A DNA stretch of 64,000 nt from Octopus sinensis (taxonomy: Eukaryota): assembly GCF_006345805.1 (NCBI RefSeq), contig NC_043004.1, positions 104,470,001 to 104,534,000 on the forward strand, read 5' to 3'. Under the pieces are notes generated by a model. It worked only from the letters and a program-made list of their open reading frames with translations, had not been told where the DNA came from and made no database searches. A program made the position numbers and the translations under genes. This document shows, piece after piece, positions 60,686-64,000 of this stretch. The number at the start of each line of letters is the position of its first letter. Position 1 is the first letter of the stretch.

Positions 60686-61055
60686 CTTACACTATGACAC
60701 GGCAGCTCCGGGTCATAGTGCTAGTGCATGCATATACAGCTGTGTGCGTGCGCATATGCACGCGAGTGCTGTCCAAATCTCCGACCAATCACATACAGCT
60801 AGCTGGCATTCAATTGGCGTATCAAGTTTCGGGCATTTTGATTGGGTTTTGGATAGAAAATTCACAAAAAAAGTCACTTCTATTGATTTTTTAATGGCTT
60901 TGCGGGGTGACTGGGGAAATGTAAAGATGTGCACGACCACCCTTGGACGGTTTTGAATGACCATAGAAAGTGCAAGCCCTCTAACTGAAAAATTATGGAT
61001 TTGTACAAAGGAATACACACAGACAGACATTTTGCCGTTTATATATATATATAGA
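60686..61055 (-). mobile_element. Non-autonomous Helitron with long palindromic 3' end
   Basis: Minus-strand 5' A|TCtatatatatatataaacgg; 3' palindrome acttacactatgacacgg-cagct-ccgggtcatagtgctagt. Confidence 0.7.
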
Positions 61056-61319
61056 TATTTACATCAGTTTTAGTATGCTTGTCTTTCTTGAACCACCACT
61101 CGCCACTATTTCAAACCCTAAACTTGTGTTTATAACATGCATGCTGAATTTCAGAGATTGTTCTTTTTGTTTAATGCACCATATTAAGTTGTCAAATACG
61201 GTAACTTTTTTACGCATTCTACATGAAATATGTTCTCATTAACTCAACTTGGTGAAATAAATACCAGAGATGGTTTGCTCAAGTTGAAAATGCAGGAGCA
61301 ACATAAAACAAAAACATTA

Positions 61320-61735
61320 CCAGCACGTTCTCTTGATAGTAAACAGATCTTTCCATCGTAGGAAACACTTGTGTATCTTCAGCAGGTATTTCAAAATCAC
61401 AAGCGTTTCGCCCGTAATTTAACGAAATGCTTTGTCTGAGTGGAACAGCAAGGACCAGATTAGCCTTCTCATACAAAGGGGTTCCGTTTGCGGTTTCTTG
61501 CCAACCACAACTACTTTGAAGCAGATCTCAGCTTCCATAGCTCTCTCCGTTGTGGTTATTTTCTGTTGCTGGAGTACAGAGCTGATCTTCGGCAAAGAGA
61601 ATGCATTGATCTTGCATCGTGGCTGCCAACTTAAATGGAGAATGAGTTTCCGTGCAATCCTTTGACAGGAACTTAAGGAATTTGTTGATGTAGTCAGCGA
61701 GGATCAGTTCCACTAAACTTCGCTTGGTGCTATAC
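61320..61735 (-). pseudogene. Possible decayed hAT transposase C-terminal fragment
   Basis: TANGTPLYEKANLVLAVP resembles the hAT dimerization-domain pattern; one in-frame TGA. Confidence 0.35.
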
Positions 61736-61877
61736 TGTCTTTTAACAAAATTTTATCATTCCCAATGCTTCACTTTATCTGGATAAAATAGCCTCAGCCG
61801 AAACCAAAAATCAAAAACATTCCAGCTGTAGTTAACCTTTTTTTTTTATTTCTTGTTCCAGGTATTGTATTATCTAG

Positions 61878-62237
61878 TGGAGGCGCAATGGCCCAGTGGT
61901 TATGGCGGCGGACTCGTGGTCATAGGATCGCGGTTTCGATTCCCAGACCGGGCATTCTGAGTATTTATTGAGCGAAAACACCTAAAGCTCCACGAGGCTC
62001 CAGCAGGGGGAGGGCGAATTCTGCTGTATTCTTTCACCATAACTTTCTCTCACTCTTTCTTTCTGTTGTACTTGTATTTTAAAGGGCCAGCCTTGTCACA
62101 CTCTGTGTCACGCTGAATCTCTCCGAGAACTACGTTAGGGGTACACGCGTCTGTGGAGTGCTCAGTTACTTTCACGAGCTGGCTGTTCCATTGATCGGAT
62201 CAACTGGAACCCTCGTCGTCGTAACCGACGGAGTGTC
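61878..62237 (+). mobile_element. SINE, body type 2
   Basis: Copy of 59654-60048. Confidence 0.88.
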
Positions 62238-62815
62238 ACAATTATATTATCTAATGCGTCCGTCTGTTTTTCTCTTTTTGCTTAAGTCAAGAGTGTGCAA
62301 TTTGAGGTTGACCAGGCAGCTATTTCTAGCAGGTTAACACCGCAAAGAGGTTACTTCGTCTGTTTGGGTCATAAATAGATAGTATGGCGTGGTGCAGTCA
62401 ATCGGCAGCCACAGCATCTCGTATTACATCGTGGTGGTCACTTTGCAGGATGGAAAATAAAACCTATCAAAGGGTGGATGGACTCAGTGAAGATATCAGT
62501 CATCCAACAGCTAAGAGTGAGGAACTCCAGTCCAATGGAAGTGAAGCAGCCCTAGTTCTAGTTTGAACTTCCTTTTAGTATATAAAAAAAGGAAACTCAA
62601 ATGAAAAAAAAAATCCTGAAGTGTAGTTGTTCTCTGGTTGTCTCAATCTCTGTTGTTCCACTGGTGTCATAGCTGAATGTGCTCAAAAGTGGGTTCTGTG
62701 CTGTGCAACACTTTATCCGCTCAAAGTTAAATTACGCACAAGGATTTTTTTACCCCACTTACTTCAAGAAGTGGTCTTACTCGGTCACGAGTCTACTTTC
62801 AGCGTGTATGTGTGT

Positions 62816-62850
<35 letters not shown>

Positions 62851-63098
62851 AAGAGGAGTGCATGGACACTGATTACCTACATCAACAGTGTGACCGAGAG
62901 AAAAATACCTCAAAGGAACTTCTGTAAATGAAATACAACACACTGCCGGATCTTACATGAGTTATGTAGTCGCATGCATGATTGTGAAGTTAAGAGCTTC
63001 GATTCACAATCACATGGGTTCGATTTCGGTCCCATTGCTCAGCAACTTGGACAAGTGTCTTCTACTGTAGCTCCGGGAAGACATAACTGATCAGAAAG

Positions 63099-63330
63099 GG
63101 CGGCGAGCTGGTAGAAACGTTAGCACGCCAGGCGAAATACGTAGCCGTATTTCGTCTGCCGTTACGTTCTGAGTTCAAATTTCGCCGAGGTCGACTTTGC
63201 CTTTCATCCTTTCGGGGTCGATAAATTAAGTACCAGTTACGCACACTGGTGTCGATGTGATCGACTTAACGCCTTTGTCTGTCCTTGTTTGTCTCCTCTA
63301 TGTTTAGCCCCTTGTGGGCAATAAAGAAAT
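63099..63330 (+). mobile_element. SINE family B, full length with apparent TSD
   Basis: ggcggcgagctgg head; flanked by a direct repeat ataactgatcagaaag (63083-63098 and 63332-63347). Confidence 0.9.
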
Positions 63331-64000
63331 AATAACTGATCAGAAAGTTACCATTAGACTCAAGCCTAAAATTGCACTTGGCATAAAGGAGGTTATGCAC
63401 TCCCAATATGCAGGATGACGAGTCGCTTGCATTGCTAGGTGCAATAATGGACACGAAAATAATGGCTGGTTATATGCCATAATTAGGAATATATTATATG
63501 ACTATATAACCGATCAATTCCTGTTTTAGAAAATGCTTTTTTCTTCTTACTTATGGATATATAACTGATAAATATTCTTTTATTCTTTGACTTGTTTCAT
63601 TCATTTGACTGATACCATGCTGGGTTTTAACATGGGAGGTCACTAATAAAAAAACGTCATGGGAGGTCACTAATAAACACGGCAACACTTTTAATAATTG
63701 GACTGAATTATTAATCCAATAACCATGAAATATCTCTGTGCAGTAAATGAGAATAACACTCATCCCGTGGGAATAACTTCATGTTCAAGGTTTTATTCTG
63801 ACATGTGATAAATGAACGCGTACAGTAAGTATACAATGTTCAATAAAGATTTCTAGGAAGAAGAATGGTTTTGAACAACTTGTTATGTTCCATGATGACT
63901 TTGAGTAAATAGAAATAAATCAAGATACGAGATTTACTTTCCGCAGGCACCAGACGTAGAATGGCTCTCTCCGGGTCGTGGCGGACCTTTGTTATGTCTC

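Noticed and set aside
61480-61545. MEAEICFKVVVVG resembling a small GTPase N-terminus
   Set aside because: No GxxxxGKS P-loop follows.
63631-63678. Direct repeat catgggaggtcactaataaaa x2
   Set aside because: Simple local tandem duplication; two units only, not CRISPR-like, and the DNA is eukaryotic.

Overview
AT-rich, repeat-dense eukaryotic DNA. The SINE/LINE families and microsatellite load are consistent with an octopus (coleoid cephalopod) genome; this is inferred from recalled repeat families, not a search. The only clear host gene is the 3' ~three-quarters of the meiotic MutS homolog MSH5 on the + strand: 20 GT-AG coding exons from 554 to the TGA at 40961-40963 that splice in frame (1834 nt, ~610 codons), including Walker A GPNASGKS and Walker B DEFGKGT; the 5' exons lie upstream of the window. 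Introns and the downstream ~23 kb are filled with tRNA-derived SINEs, RTE, CR1/L2-group, R4/Dong-like and Tx1-like LINE fragments, non-autonomous Helitrons and HINE-like elements, hAT and piggyBac-like MITEs, a decayed mariner, microsatellites and an A-tract minisatellite. Most notable: a Penelope-like fold-back carrying a minimal hammerhead ribozyme in an MSH5 intron, a HINE copy with a captured coding-like insert, head/tail-swapped SINEs, a 41-bp templated insertion, several long fold-backs (candidate ADAR substrates) and a mariner with a mellifera-like TIR. Most ORFs in the supplied track are spurious repeat translations.
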